In this document: piece after piece, positions 25,391 through 38,070 of the stretch
How positions within the stretch are numbered: the first letter of the stretch is position 1
How the letters are laid out: every line of letters starts with the position of its first letter
Origin: Octopus vulgaris
Lineage: Eukaryota
Direction: 5' to 3'
Length of the DNA stretch: 64,000 nt
Assembly: GCA_951406725.2 (NCBI GenBank)
Contig: OX597833.1
Location: 15,314,001 to 15,378,000, forward strand
Made by a program: the position numbers and the translations under genes
The notes under the pieces: model-generated
Told to the model about the DNA's origin: nothing
The model's input: the letters and a program-made list of their open reading frames with translations, nothing else
Databases searched by the model: none

Positions 25391-25949
25391 TATATATATA
25401 TATACATACATAACTGAAGAGTATGTGTTGCAGGTGCTTCCGAACATTTCATGACATAAAAGTGTTCTACGCCCATAACCCTTTCAATAATTGAGAGCTA
25501 AGTCATGCTGTGATACACATACACGCATATGTATGTATGTATGTGTGTATATGCGAGTATTTACGTGGGCGTGTGTGTTTCTGTGTGTGCGCATGTGTGA
25601 TTGTGCGTACGATGGTAGATACATAGATATAAACGCATACTAATTTGAGCGAATTTAACATGAAAGCGAAAAACTATACGAAAATATCTAAATTAAGTAG
25701 GATTATATGAAATCTTAGCAATCATGAAATTAAAATGTAATTTGATGTTCATCTTTTATTCAACATTTCCCTAAGCTAGTATCTATTTTTTTTATTCCAG
25801 AAATCTCTCCAGATACAGAGTTTTCACTTGGGAACAAAATCAGGGAAACTTAAATATTAAAACGATAACAGAAAACAAAAAGCAAGAATTCGAAAAAATT
25901 CCTTCGTGATATCAGCTCATTATTTATTTATTTATTTATTATGTCTTTT

Positions 25950-26950
25950 GAATATTTAAGATTATTTTATTTCCTCAGCGCATCTCATTTTCATCAGTTA
26001 ATTTAGTTCCAAGTTTTCTTCCTATTGTAACTATTCTGTTTTTTAATGTTGCATTACGTCTTCCCTTTTAGCTGACTGATCTCAGAAAATTATAACAGGT
26101 GTCTGAATCAACGATGTTGTAATGTTTAGGTCTATCAGGAAACTGATATCAAATTCAATTATGGATTTTATATTGAATCATTTCTACTATTTATTCATTT
26201 GTTCTGAGTTACTATTTTTTATCGCTACAATATTTGAATAATTGTATAATACTGATTCCATAAATCCCTTTATCGTCGTGTTCTGCAAATGATATATCGT
26301 GTTAGATATTTCATATGTTCGTTAATATTTGCCATTTTTTTTATAATTGACTTCTACACCTTTCTTCAATTCCTGTCTATTTTCCCTATTCATTTTCAGA
26401 TTTGTTGTGTCTCAATTGGGGTCATATTGGAGGACTTGTATATATTTATATTTATATTATATAAGGTTGTCTCAAAAGTTCGTAGAAAGTCTTGGAAAAT
26501 AATGGTCTTTATTTTGAGGAATAATTTTTGTTGTTTTCAAATTCAATTTTCGCAAGTGTTTACGATATTTTGGGACAGCCTAATATAATTTTATATTTGA
26601 CTTTAAGTAGAAAACACATTGGTGTCGTATTAAATGAAATGATGATAAAATTGCTAAAAGATATTGAAAGTAATTCAAATCAAATTATTCATGGGAAGTA
26701 TTTTATTTCTTACGAATAAGTGTAACGATGAAGCACGGTTAACGCTTATATAAGACATTTAATGCTAATCCTGTTTACAGTACTTGTCCTTTTTGGGATG
26801 ATTTGCATACCTAATTTGTCTTGATAAAAAAATAAGAAGCCCGTAACTATAATCCATGCAAGTGTCCTATATACGAAAGTCTGTCACCTGAGGGTTTTAA
26901 GAATCAAATATGTTTATTTATCATTCATGCATCAATGAAACTAGTTATGG
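25950..26950 (-). pseudogene. Very decayed R4/Dong-like LINE C-terminal region
   Basis: Scattered minus-strand fragments resemble HPK..V.RL, xHD and END..KI...D. No continuous frame. Confidence 0.35.
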
Positions 26951-27703
26951 CTGCTATATAAAATAGAATATTATGCGCATATATTTAGCATATGATTGTC
27001 GTTATATATGCTGCTTCTATTTCCAAGTAATTACGCATATGCTGCCAGTTTAAACAAGATTTTTCCACATATTTTTTTATTTGGTTCCAAATTTGTAGAC
27101 TTATAGTACAAGTAACATACACGGTATTCTGCGTGAATTATGGGAGAAACAAGGCAGACATGGGTATTTGTATTTGCTAATTCCCGCGTTATAAATAGAA
27201 AATTTCAAATACAATAAAGGTGAATCTGTATTAATTACCTGGTATATTTAAAAAAAAAATATGGAAATGCATATTTATTTTACGGTATTCAATTCGTGAC
27301 ATTATAACCGGCAAGGCAAAGTCTTCGCTATATTTGCGGCACCTGCCAGAGGGAGTGTTTGTCCAGGATAGGACTACACATCCACATCAGGAGATGTATG
27401 AGGATATGAAATGTAAAAGCCAGACTAGATTATTCTTTGCGCAACTCCATTGTCTCCCGATGCCAACAACAACAAATTCGTGATAATGATAAGATATTAG
27501 AGCTAACAGAATTGTAAATAAGAGAAACAAAACAGAAGTATATTTTGACCAAACAAGGATTTGATATCAAAAACATTCCACCATCTTAGATGTAGAGAGT
27601 TCTCAGATGAGTCTTTGCAGGGCGTAAAATTGTGTTGGCTATTGAGGAAGCATATATTGTAGAGCGCTCACACCACCACGTTAAGTACTTGTGCGAGGTT
27701 TCT

Positions 27704-28647
27704 TATTTCTTTATTGCCACAAGGGGCTAAATATAGAGGGGACAAACAAGGACAGACAAAGTGATTAAGTCGATTAAGTCGATTACATCGACCCCAGTGC
27801 GTAACTGGTACTTAATTTATCGACCCCGAAATGATGAAAGGCAAAGTCGACCTCGGCTGAATTTGAAATCAGAACGTAGCGTTAGGTGAAATACCTATTT
27901 CTTTACTACCCACAAGCGTCTAAATACAGAGGGGACGAAGAAGGATAGACAAACGGATTAAGTCGATTATATCGACCCCAGTGCGTAACTGGTACTGTAT
28001 TTATCGACCCCGAAAGGATAAAAGGCAAAGTCGACCTCAGCGGAATTTGAACTCAGAACTTAGCGGTAGGCGAAATACCTATTTCTTTACTACCCACAAG
28101 GGGCTAAACACAGAGAGGACAAACAAGGACAGGAAAACGGATTAAGTTAATTATATCGACCCCGAAAGGATGAAAGGCAAAGTCAACCTCGGCGGGATTT
28201 GAACTCAGAACGTAGCGGCAGACGAAATACCTATTTCTTTACTACCCACAAGAGGCTAAACACGGAGAGGACAAACAAGGACAGAGAAACGGATTAAGTC
28301 AATTATATCGACCCCAGTGCGTAACTGGTACTTAATTTATCAACCCGAAAGGATGAAAAGCGAAGTCGACCTCGGCGGAATTTGAACCCAGAACGTAGCG
28401 GCAAGCGAAATACCTATTTCTTTATTACCCACAAGGAGCTAAACATAGAGGGGACAAACAAGGACAGACATAGGTATTAAGTCGATTACATCGACCCCAG
28501 TGCGTAACTGGTACTTAATTTATCGACCCCGAAAGGACGAAAAGCGAAGTCGACCTCGGCGGAATTTGAACCCAGAACGTAGCGGTAAGCGAAATACCAC
28601 TAAGCATTTCGCCCGGCGTGCTAACGTTTCTGGCAGCTCACCGCCTT
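27704..28647 (-). mobile_element. SINE-A pentamer (one head plus 5 bodies) with a ~17-bp TSD
   Basis: Four internal GAAATACCTATTTC junctions. Flanks are ACTTGTGCGAGGTTTCT and ACTTGTTCGAGGCTTCT. Confidence 0.93.
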
Positions 28648-29077
28648 GACTTGTTCGAGGCTTCTGTCTTGTACGAGATTTCTGTCAAGGTTTAGTGTCA
28701 AGATATGGTATCTTAAAATTCACAGTCGTCCTTCAAAATATCATCACCAGTATGTTATTTTACACTGGGCAGACGCTTAGACGATGCACATTATCATTAG
28801 AAGTGATTAGTTACTCATCTGTATTAGACTGATTTTCCGCACGATGCTTTTGCTATGCACAATAATAACATCCTTCGTGTAGTTGAACAAGTCAAATTAC
28901 CCAAAAGGATTTCCAGATATGCTGTTTTGTGTGCAGTCAATCAAATCAATACCCGGCGCCATACTTGGTTGAGGTTGAATTTAATACCATAAAATATTTG
29001 ATAAAGTAGAAAATAATTAATATTTTTTTGCTTGCCGGTAATTAGAAGATAGTGGAAGACAGCCATTATAGCAATTA

Positions 29078-29443
29078 GATTTCCCATAACATGTCTTTCA
29101 ATCCCGAAAGATATAGTTTTTACACGTTCATACAAAATCTATTGAATATAAAGTTAATCTGTTGCACTAAAAATCCTGAGCGGCATTCCGTCCGTCTTAA
29201 AATCTTAAGTTTACATTCCAGTGAGGTCCAATTTGCCCTTTAGTCTTCCAAGGTCGATAAAATAATTACCAGAACAGCACTGGCGCCAATGTAGTCGATT
29301 TGCTCCTCCCTCGAACTTAGACCGCTGGTGCCAAAATTCGAAACCAGCTGTTTGATTTCCCATCACATGTCTTTCAATCACGAAAGATATAGTTTTTACA
29401 CGGTCATACCAAACCTATTGAATATAAAGTCAATCTGTTGCAC
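29078..29443. repeat. 90-bp direct duplication enclosing a ~190-bp degenerate SINE-A segment
   Basis: 29078-29167 is repeated at 29354-29443. The insert matches 18831-19064. Confidence 0.9.
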
Positions 29444-29489
29444 AAGAAAAACACTAACAACTATCATAACAACAGCAAAAGTGGAGCAG

Positions 29490-29645
29490 CATTGGCCCAC
29501 TGGTTAGGGCAGCGGACCCGCTGTTTCGATTCCCAGACCGAGCATTGTGAGTGTTTATTGAGCAAAAACACATAAGCTCCAAGAGTCTCCGGCGGTGAAC
29601 TCCACTGTATTCTTTCACCACAACTTTCTCTCACTCTTTCTTCCT
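29490..29645 (+). mobile_element. SINE family D, 5' partial
   Basis: TGGCCCACTGGTTAGGGCAGCGGAC..TTCGATTCCCAGACC..TTTCACCACAACTTTCTCTCACTCTT. Confidence 0.8.
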
Positions 29646-30564
29646 ACTCCTGCCACAAAGCAGAGGAACCATGGTGTAACCCACTATGGTGTGGTAAACT
29701 TTCCGACCCTAGTCTAGATTGTGGATCCTCTGTACCCGAGGATGGTTCAGCTCTCCACCTGTTAAAAGCCACCGTTTACCGAATGAGGATAACAACGTAG
29801 CTTTCGATCCCGTGCAAAGCGCCAGTATATCGCGTGTGGTGGTTGGATCTTCAAGTTGCCACACGCATTCTTTGTAGCTTAGAGTAGGCTCGAATTAGGG
29901 ATTATTCTTTGTGGCTAATGGCGTGAGTCATGATTGGAAGAAGACAACAGCTAAACAATCTGTTCATCTTTATTGTAACTGTTTTTTACAATAGGAACGA
30001 TGACCCTAGAAATCTTTCAAGTCGTTCGGTGTGAGAAAGAGAAAATAGAACTCCTGAGTGGATACGAAATATGTTAACACTAACAAATTTAAACGCCTGA
30101 TACGTGTGCAGCACTAATTAAAATGAACAATCTAGTATTTAATAATTACTGAACAAGAACGTTAAAACAGTTGTTAGATGGCTTTTATGTTGTAACATTA
30201 GGCAAATACCATTACGAAGAATAGGTTTTAATTAGATTCTCGGGCATTTTTGTCGAGAAAGGTTGAAAACTTGATAAAGTTTAATAAGTAAATGCAACGT
30301 AGTACAAACGTAATGTTACATTTGATAGACATGACATATAAACAGAAGCTTTTAGTTTAATGGAAGAAAAGGCGTGGGAAAGCTTTAGACAAGTAAATTA
30401 ATACGAAGAAATATTTCAGAATTCGGTTGTAAATTGAAAGATACAAGACACACATATACACACACACACACACAAACACACTTATACTCACACTTATACA
30501 CATCAAGAAACAGGAAGAAAGAGTGAGAGAAAGTTGGGGCGAAAGAGTACAACAGAGTACAAAC

Positions 30565-30608
<44 letters not shown>

Positions 30609-30666
30609 GATACAAATATATACATACATGCATATATTTATATATAGATAGAAACATATATATACA

Positions 30667-30704
<38 letters not shown>

Positions 30705-30708
<4 letters not shown>

Positions 30709-30897
30709 TAATCCAAACATGAAAACACAAAGAGAAAAGAACAATGCGAGGACGTGCAACAAGTATAGTGTTATTGGACGCTCAGAAAAGGAGGATCTAA
30801 CGTTTCGAGCGGAGCTCTTCGTCAGAACATAGGAAAGGGAAATATCCAAGGAAGGGAAAGCAGAGGAAAAAATCGCCAACGATACACACGCGGTCAC
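30705..30897 (-). mobile_element. Penelope-like terminal repeat fragment with a minimal hammerhead-like core
   Basis: Minus strand reads CTGACGA-AGAGC-TCC-GCTC-GAAACGTT. Flanked by microsatellites. Confidence 0.65.
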
Positions 30898-30899
30898 AC

Positions 30900-30967
<68 letters not shown>

Positions 30968-30973
30968 TTATAT

Positions 30974-32088
30974 CAGGGATACGTCAGTTTATTCGAGTAC
31001 ATCCCTTTCACGATAGCTTTCTTCTAACTTATTTTATGACCTTGCGTTTTAGATAAATAACGTCAGACATGAGGTTCACTCAGCAAATGACATATTATAC
31101 TGTAACCGTTGCCTTAAAAACGCATCGCAGTGATATAGGGATAGCTTGCTTCTTGAAAGTTGCCCAATCCGTCGTGGTCGAAGTTCAAAGGGGCCTGATG
31201 GTGAACTTGCATCACCAGCTAAACGCAAAGTGCATGCACAGGGCCCTAATGCTATTAGAACACATAACTTTGAGCAAAAAGAAATAATTGATGAGTCGGT
31301 CAGATGCATTGCAAAAAACCTCAAAGTTTCAGAGTGCAAGATCAGATGGGGATATCTTCTAAAAAAGGATATTCCCTAATAAAAGTAACATGTTAGGGGT
31401 CAGTTTATCTCGGATGTGACAAGAGATAATTGTTTCATCCGTAGAAAGTGCTCCCTGAATTTAAAAAAAAACAGAACGCGAAAACTTTTGGGTGTTTTTC
31501 TAATAATGAGAAAGTCTCCGAGTAAGACGAACGTTAAACCAATGGAACGGCATATGGTCATGCAGAAACTCAAATGAGGTTCCAACGGTCGTGCGTACTA
31601 GGTTCCCAACATCTGTGATGGCTTTTAGGGTTGTTATCAATGAGTGAGATATCATACTTCCTCCAAGCGTTTTACAGAGCTTAAGAATTAATGACTGTGT
31701 AAACAGAGGTGTTGGAGAAGGTTATCAGGCCCTTGGTAGACAGGAAACGCAAGAGAAAACCGTACGTCTTCCATCCAAAATCTGCGACTTCTTATAATGT
31801 TAAAAGAAACCAAGCGTTCATGATCATGTTCTCCCAGACACATAGCCTCGTATCAGACAAGTCAATCACCATAGGGGGCGCAGTCGGAAGACAGTTCAAT
31901 CAACAATCCGATACATAGCATACAATATCCCAAGCCTTCATAATCGGCACTACGTCCCAAATTGATAAAGATCATATTTAAAGATTCTGTGATGTCAGTG
32001 ATTCTGACAACATATATAACCAACCATGTATGGTAACGGTGGATTAATAAAACGATTCTCGAGATTATTATACCAAACAGATGACCTG
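30974..32088 (+). mobile_element. Tc1/mariner (DD37D/maT-like) decayed near-full element
   Basis: Fragments IACFLKVAQSVV (HTH), VMxxxVVxNExDI.P and LEKVIRPLV..PYVFHPKSATSY (from PYVFQQDSAPSH). Confidence 0.75.
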
Positions 32089-32090
32089 AA

Positions 32091-32131
<41 letters not shown>

Positions 32132-32215
32132 GTGTAATGGTAAAACAACAAAAGAATGAAAGAGACCTCGATATTATGTAAATAGAGGAATTAATATATG
32201 TGACAATTATTCAGT

Positions 32216-32297
<82 letters not shown>

Positions 32298-32314
32298 ATA
32301 CATACATACATACA

Positions 32315-32350
<36 letters not shown>

Positions 32351-32684
32351 TATGTATAGGGGCGGGGATACGTATGTAGTTATATTTGTTTTTGCGTGTA
32401 CATTGTATATCTTGCGCGTAGATTTAGACGTATATGACTGCTACTGAGAAGTTTGGAGTTCGACAGTGATTTTTTCCTCACGCGGTCTACTTTTAATATA
32501 ACAGTGCTTACCGTTGTACTTACAGCGAGACAGCGCAAATGTATATAAAGTGGATTTAGGATTCATCTAAATTTGTCTATGTGTTGAAATTAAAGCATTT
32601 GCGGCCTGAAAGACAGACGTTACCTTATCAGAAACACAAGTAGAACGTTTGTTTCACTAATATATATATATATATATATATATG

Positions 32685-33079
32685 CTAGCAGTATCGCCCG
32701 GCGTTGCTCAGGTTTGTAAGGGAAATAACTATATAAATATTTTTAGAGATGTAAAGTATAATAGCCATCTCAATATGGCTAACCACAAAGGGGGGTGTTA
32801 CTGTAGCTTTTTACGTTCTGGGATTTAATAATACATTTTTAGAGAGTTTACTTCCCTTATATAATAGCAAAGAAATGCATTTAAAATGGGAAAAAATGAT
32901 GGTAATTTTTTTTTAAATCGTAGACTCATCGTAGACGCGCACTAATACCCAGAAGGGCTCGATATGAATCACGACTATAAGATACCCGGTTTTGGTTAAA
33001 CTGCACCGCAAAATGTGGGAGTAGTTAGGAATCTAAATCGTAGGAGACAGACACACAACTTCACTTTTATATATAAAGA
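32685..33079 (-). mobile_element. Non-autonomous Helitron of the same family as 20010-20804
   Basis: Minus strand has a TC start and a hairpin plus CTAG end. Carries an internal piece (32749-32833) of the 41644 inverted-repeat family. Confidence 0.88.
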
Positions 33080-34734
33080 TATAAACTATGATTTCAAATT
33101 ATTCGAAGCTTGAAACTGCGACCTACTCACTGAAACAAATTGGTGTTGCATCATATTTGATATGTATACATAGTTGCCTTTACATATGTATTATTTTATT
33201 CTTAGAACACACAGTTATGTGAGAGTGTGCTTAGAAAAATGGTTTTGCACGCTGATCACACGCAACAAGAAACATACGCAACATGGCTTTAACCAATTAT
33301 ATACATATACGCCTGAGAACCACCTGAAACGTGTATTATATTTTATTTTATTTTATACTGAATTATTATGAACTGCTTTCGGGATTTCAAATCATCACTC
33401 ACTCCGAAAATATATGGTATCTATACATTTCATAATTGCAAATAACTGAGGTAGGTGGAGCCTGATAAATGTATATACCTGTGTGTGTATTGTATAAGTT
33501 CCATATGCCGAGATAAATAATTTTTTCGTCCACTTCCAGTACATCCCAAATTTGTGTGTGTGTGTGTATAAACATGCATCCTTGCATGCATGAAGTATGC
33601 ACAGGTGTATTATATATATATATATAAAGAGAGAGAGCATGAGAGTGAAAGAGAGAAAAAGAGAGGGAGAGAGAGATTCATGTGGGCGCATGCAATACGT
33701 ATGTATATAAGTATATATGTAGCCATGCATATAAAGTGTGAATTTTGTTTGTTTTTGTATGTGTGGTGATACTTTTGTGTGATGTGACAAATAACTTTCC
33801 ACGATGTTTTCTTTTATCCCTATATATGTTCATTTTTTTATCTTTTCAGTATACAACACACAGACAAATTGCAGCCCTGTGGTGTGATATTTCTACAGTT
33901 TCTCCTTTGATCTCATTAACACTGTTATTGTTCTGCATACACTGAAATGGAACCAGATGTAGTTCGCTTATCTGTGTATCTAAAGAAATAACTTTGAAAT
34001 AACGTTGATTGAACTCATGGTGAACTATATGAAGCATTTCCTTGATTTTCGTCTCTATAGAATTGCTGAAATCTTTTCAACTTCGTACGCCATTAACTTT
34101 GAATTGTGTTCCTGGTTAACGGGCATGTTTCAACAGACTTATGTAACCTTTTTGGTACTCAGATATTGACTAGCCTATTGATGCGAATCTTAATTTCTTC
34201 ATTTGTAGGTGCGGTTGTAACTAACCTAAAAGTTAGTTGGAAGTTCTATTCAATATCTTCTTATAGAGATATGGTTGATTACAAAATGTTTATTAGGCGA
34301 GACGTATTTCTGGTCTGTAACGACAGAGCATTGAATCAATTTTCTGTTAGTTAAAATATTAAAACAATGAGGAGGTTGTCGTATCGGGGAATAAAGAAAT
34401 AGCATAACACTTCAGACGGGTCAGAGTAAAGGTTACTATATTGTACACTTGAGATTGAAAAATTATCTGAATGGCAAATCGTTCAATTGTTATATGGCGG
34501 TTACAAAGGCATTAATGCGCGTTTATTTTCTGCGTTGTGGACATTAGTTATCAACAAAGATAAGACTAGTTACTAATATTTAAATACTAAATTTCTGATG
34601 GTTTTCCATTACTAAATTCGAAGTGCAGACCATGATATGGAATGCACAATTCAAACATGTATTCATCGAAGAAAGGTATTAGATTCTGCAAAACATTATT
34701 CTTCAATATCTTGCGCATGTATAAGGCGATGAGC

Positions 34735-34910
34735 AACAAGGTAGCAGCATCTTGTGTGTTTTATATTCTGAGTTCAAATTCCATTGAGATCAACTTTATT
34801 TACTTTCTTTCGCGGCCTATAGGATAAGTACCAGTTGAGCATTGGGGTCGATAAAATCGACTTAAGCCACCCGCCAAAATAGCTGTTCTTCTGCCAAAAT
34901 TTGGAAGCAA
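34735..34910 (+). mobile_element. Degenerate old SINE-A-type copy
   Basis: TTCTGAGTTCAAATTCC..ATAAGTACCAGTTGAGCATTGGGGTCGAT. Confidence 0.65.
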
Positions 34911-34932
34911 ATATCTTTAGTACACACACTCA

Positions 34933-35001
<69 letters not shown>

Positions 35002-35005
35002 ATTC

Positions 35006-35259
35006 AAAAGTAGCAGAAATATAACAAAAGCTGTTACTCAGAGTTTCACGTTCCCGTTCGTCGGACAATTTTGTTAAAAAAACACTTTTTGTAATCAACC
35101 ATATTTTTTAAAAATAAAATTGTCCGACGTACGGGAACGTGAAACTCTGAGTAACAGCTTTTGTTATCTTTCTGCTGCTTTTAAATGAAACATATTACCC
35201 TATCTCTGGTATTTGAGTACTCTTTTTTCCACCTCGTTTCACATTTATGTGCTTACTCC

Positions 35260-35262
<3 letters not shown>
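35006..35262. mobile_element. Penelope-like inverted terminal repeat structure with ~67-bp arms (35006-35072 and 35116-35183)
   Basis: The arms are reverse complementary and each carries a hammerhead-like motif. Sits within (TA)n. Confidence 0.7.
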
Positions 35263-35309
<47 letters not shown>

Positions 35310-35371
35310 CGTATGTATATGTGTGTGTGTGCGTGTGTATGTGTATATATGTATTGTGTATATATATATGT

Positions 35372-35580
35372 GGGCGCATGGGCTGGTAGTTAGGGTATTT
35401 CACTCAATATCTAGTAATCGAGAGTTCAATTCCCGTTGTGTTCTTTAGCAAAACATTTCATTTCACTTTGCACCAGTTAACTCAGTTCTAATGAGAACCT
35501 TACGATGGAACACCCTTCCGATCATGAGGAAATGATACGATGCTCCCCTTGCCAGCGCAGTGGCATCATTTGAAAGCTGA
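35372..35580 (+). mobile_element. Degenerate SINE-C-type copy
   Basis: Head GGCGCATGG..GTTAGGGTATT..GAGTTCAATTCCC followed by AGCAAAACATTTCATTTCAC. Confidence 0.65.
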
Positions 35581-36063
35581 AATATTATAGTTTTATTCTG
35601 AGCCAGAAATAACACTATAACTGATGCTATATTGTTGATAACTAGTTTTCTTTTCTAAGATACTATTCGTTATCTTTAGAATGAACAATGGTTGGCCGTG
35701 GTATTGTGCTCATATCTGTAATCAGCTGTTAAGGATATTAGTGAAGATTACGATGTTATACTTTGAGTGACAAGCATTTCATTAATCTAGACATAGTATC
35801 GTTTTGTATAATTTGATTGTATAGTTTTGTATAGTTATGGGTATTGATGTGTCATTTGTATCATTGTAGTTTTGTGCAATGTTCTTTCAGTAAAAACTAA
35901 TTATTTTTATCAAGTAAGAGTTGCCTATATTTGCTGTTAAATACTCCGTAGATATAAGATACTTTACGGAGAATCCAAGTATTTATTCAATGATATTTCT
36001 GTATATAAGCGCAATGCTCGAATTCTGAAAAGAGCTAAATTAATGGCGTACGTGTTAACAGAT

Positions 36064-36298
36064 AAGGCGGCGACCTGGCAGAATCGTTAGCACGCCGGGC
36101 AAAATGCTTAGCAGTATTTCGTCAGCCGCTACGTTCTGAGTTCAAATTCCGCTGAGGTCGACTCTGCCTTTCATCCTTTCCGGGTCGATTAGATAAGTAC
36201 CAGTTATGCACTGGGGTCGATATCATCGACTTAATCCGTTTGTCTGTCCTTGTTTGTCCCCTCTATGTTTAGCCCCCTGTGGGTAATAAAAAAAATAG
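36064..36298 (+). mobile_element. SINE-A monomer with an 18-bp TSD
   Basis: GTACG(T/G)GTTAACAGATAA on both sides. Confidence 0.94.
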
Positions 36299-36469
36299 TA
36301 CGGGTTAACAGATAAACTTGCTACATGTTCTTGGAGGTGAAATTTGTTTTACTTTGGCGCCTTTTGTTCCAGGAGTATTCCCATGCGTTCCGAAACACGA
36401 AAAATGCCATTTGGCTCATTCTGTTACACCACATAACTCTCATAATTTCTACATTATAACGCATATTCA

Positions 36470-36630
36470 CAGGAGTGGCTGTGTGGTAAGTAGCTTGCTA
36501 ACCAACCACATGGTTCTGGGTTCAATCCCACTGCGTGGCATCTTAAGCAAGTGTCTTCTGCTATAGCCCAGGGCCGACCAATGCCTTGTAAGTGGATTTG
36601 GTAGACGGAAACTGAAAGAAGCCTGTCGTA

Positions 36631-36679
<49 letters not shown>

Positions 36680-36892
36680 TTGTGTGTCTGTGTTTGGCCC
36701 CCTAGCATTGCTTGACAACCGATGCTGGTGTGTATTTACATCCCCGTCACTTAGCGGTTCGCCAAAAGAGACCCATAGAATAAGTACTGGGCTTACACAA
36801 AGAATAAGTCCTGGGGTCGATTTGCTCGACTAAAGGCGGTGATCCAGCATGGCCGCAGTCAAATGACTGAAACAAGTAAAAGAGTAAAAGAG
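36470..36892 (+). mobile_element. SINE family B full copy
   Basis: Consensus match. Confidence 0.94.
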
Positions 36893-36947
36893 AGAGAGAG
36901 TATTTACAAAATAAATTCTCTACATAAATTCTAAAATAAATGTACAC

Positions 36948-37215
36948 TGATCATCATCATCATTGTTCGACCGTGGTCGAGACTTTCATAGTCTTTTCAA
37001 ATGTCTAATAATGTGTGCGCGCGCCACTACTACACACATTGGAAAGCATTGTACAACCAAGTACTAAAGAAGATCTTTCCTCCTCCATGAAACAAAGCTG
37101 TTCCCGCTGGACGTCAACCCAGTATTTCTAAGCTACGGACCGAGTGATTTATTGTAAGGTTATCTCCCTAGATAGATTGCTTTCACTACGGCTAAGGAGC
37201 CCTTTCTACCCCACG
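36948..37215 (-). mobile_element. Short RTE-derived non-autonomous element (5'UTR-like part plus (GAT)n tail)
   Basis: Minus strand begins GGGGTAGAAAGGGCTCCTTAGCCGTAGTGAAAGCAATCTATCTAGGGAG, reminiscent of RTE 5' regions, and ends in (GAT)n. Confidence 0.45.
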
Positions 37216-38070
37216 GCTAATAAAAGCGATCCTCACAATGTTCATCTTTCAATAAGAACAGAATTTATAGATTCGGTCTTAACCCATCGTAATCACTGCC
37301 TGTAATAACACGATAAAACTTGCGCAAATTCTATTTATTATAGAGAGATATTAAATCTTACTGTAACACATGTGGTAAAATATAGAAAGTTTTTCTCCTT
37401 GCAAGACACCAATCTTTCGACAACAAACATACATGTGACAATATAGTTTGAAGTAAAAAAATCATTTGCCGAGTTTATACAGAAATTGTATAACATTCGC
37501 TAGTGTACGATTACCGCTTTTAGATATTAACTTTGCTAACGAGGCAATTCACAAATACACACGCGCACACATAGACAAACACACGCGCGCACACACGCAC
37601 TCACATACATTCATTCACACATACACATTATATATGAGTATATATCAGGGTATCACTGTATTAACCAGATTATTGGATGTCGTCATACAGAGCTAGTCAC
37701 AGAGGGCTTCGCATTGTTTTAACGCCCTGGATAAGCGAACAGGCCAACATGTCTCCTGAGCTGGAAGCCATTCCATCGCAGGGTTAACCATTTGCAGATG
37801 GGTGGAGTGGAGACACGTGGAATGAATTGTTTTGCTCAAGAACACAATGCGCTACCCTGGAATAGAACCCACAACACCTTAACCACTAATCCATTTTTAT
37901 ATATACATATATAAAGACACATAATTATATGAGGTGAGGAATTTCGTCTTACCATGGTATAAAAGCAATACCATACGTTCTAGAATGTTTTTCAGAGTGT
38001 TCCTCAACAAACGACTATGACAGCTGTCTTGAATAATGTACCTCTAATACTAAGTATTTACGTCATAGGA

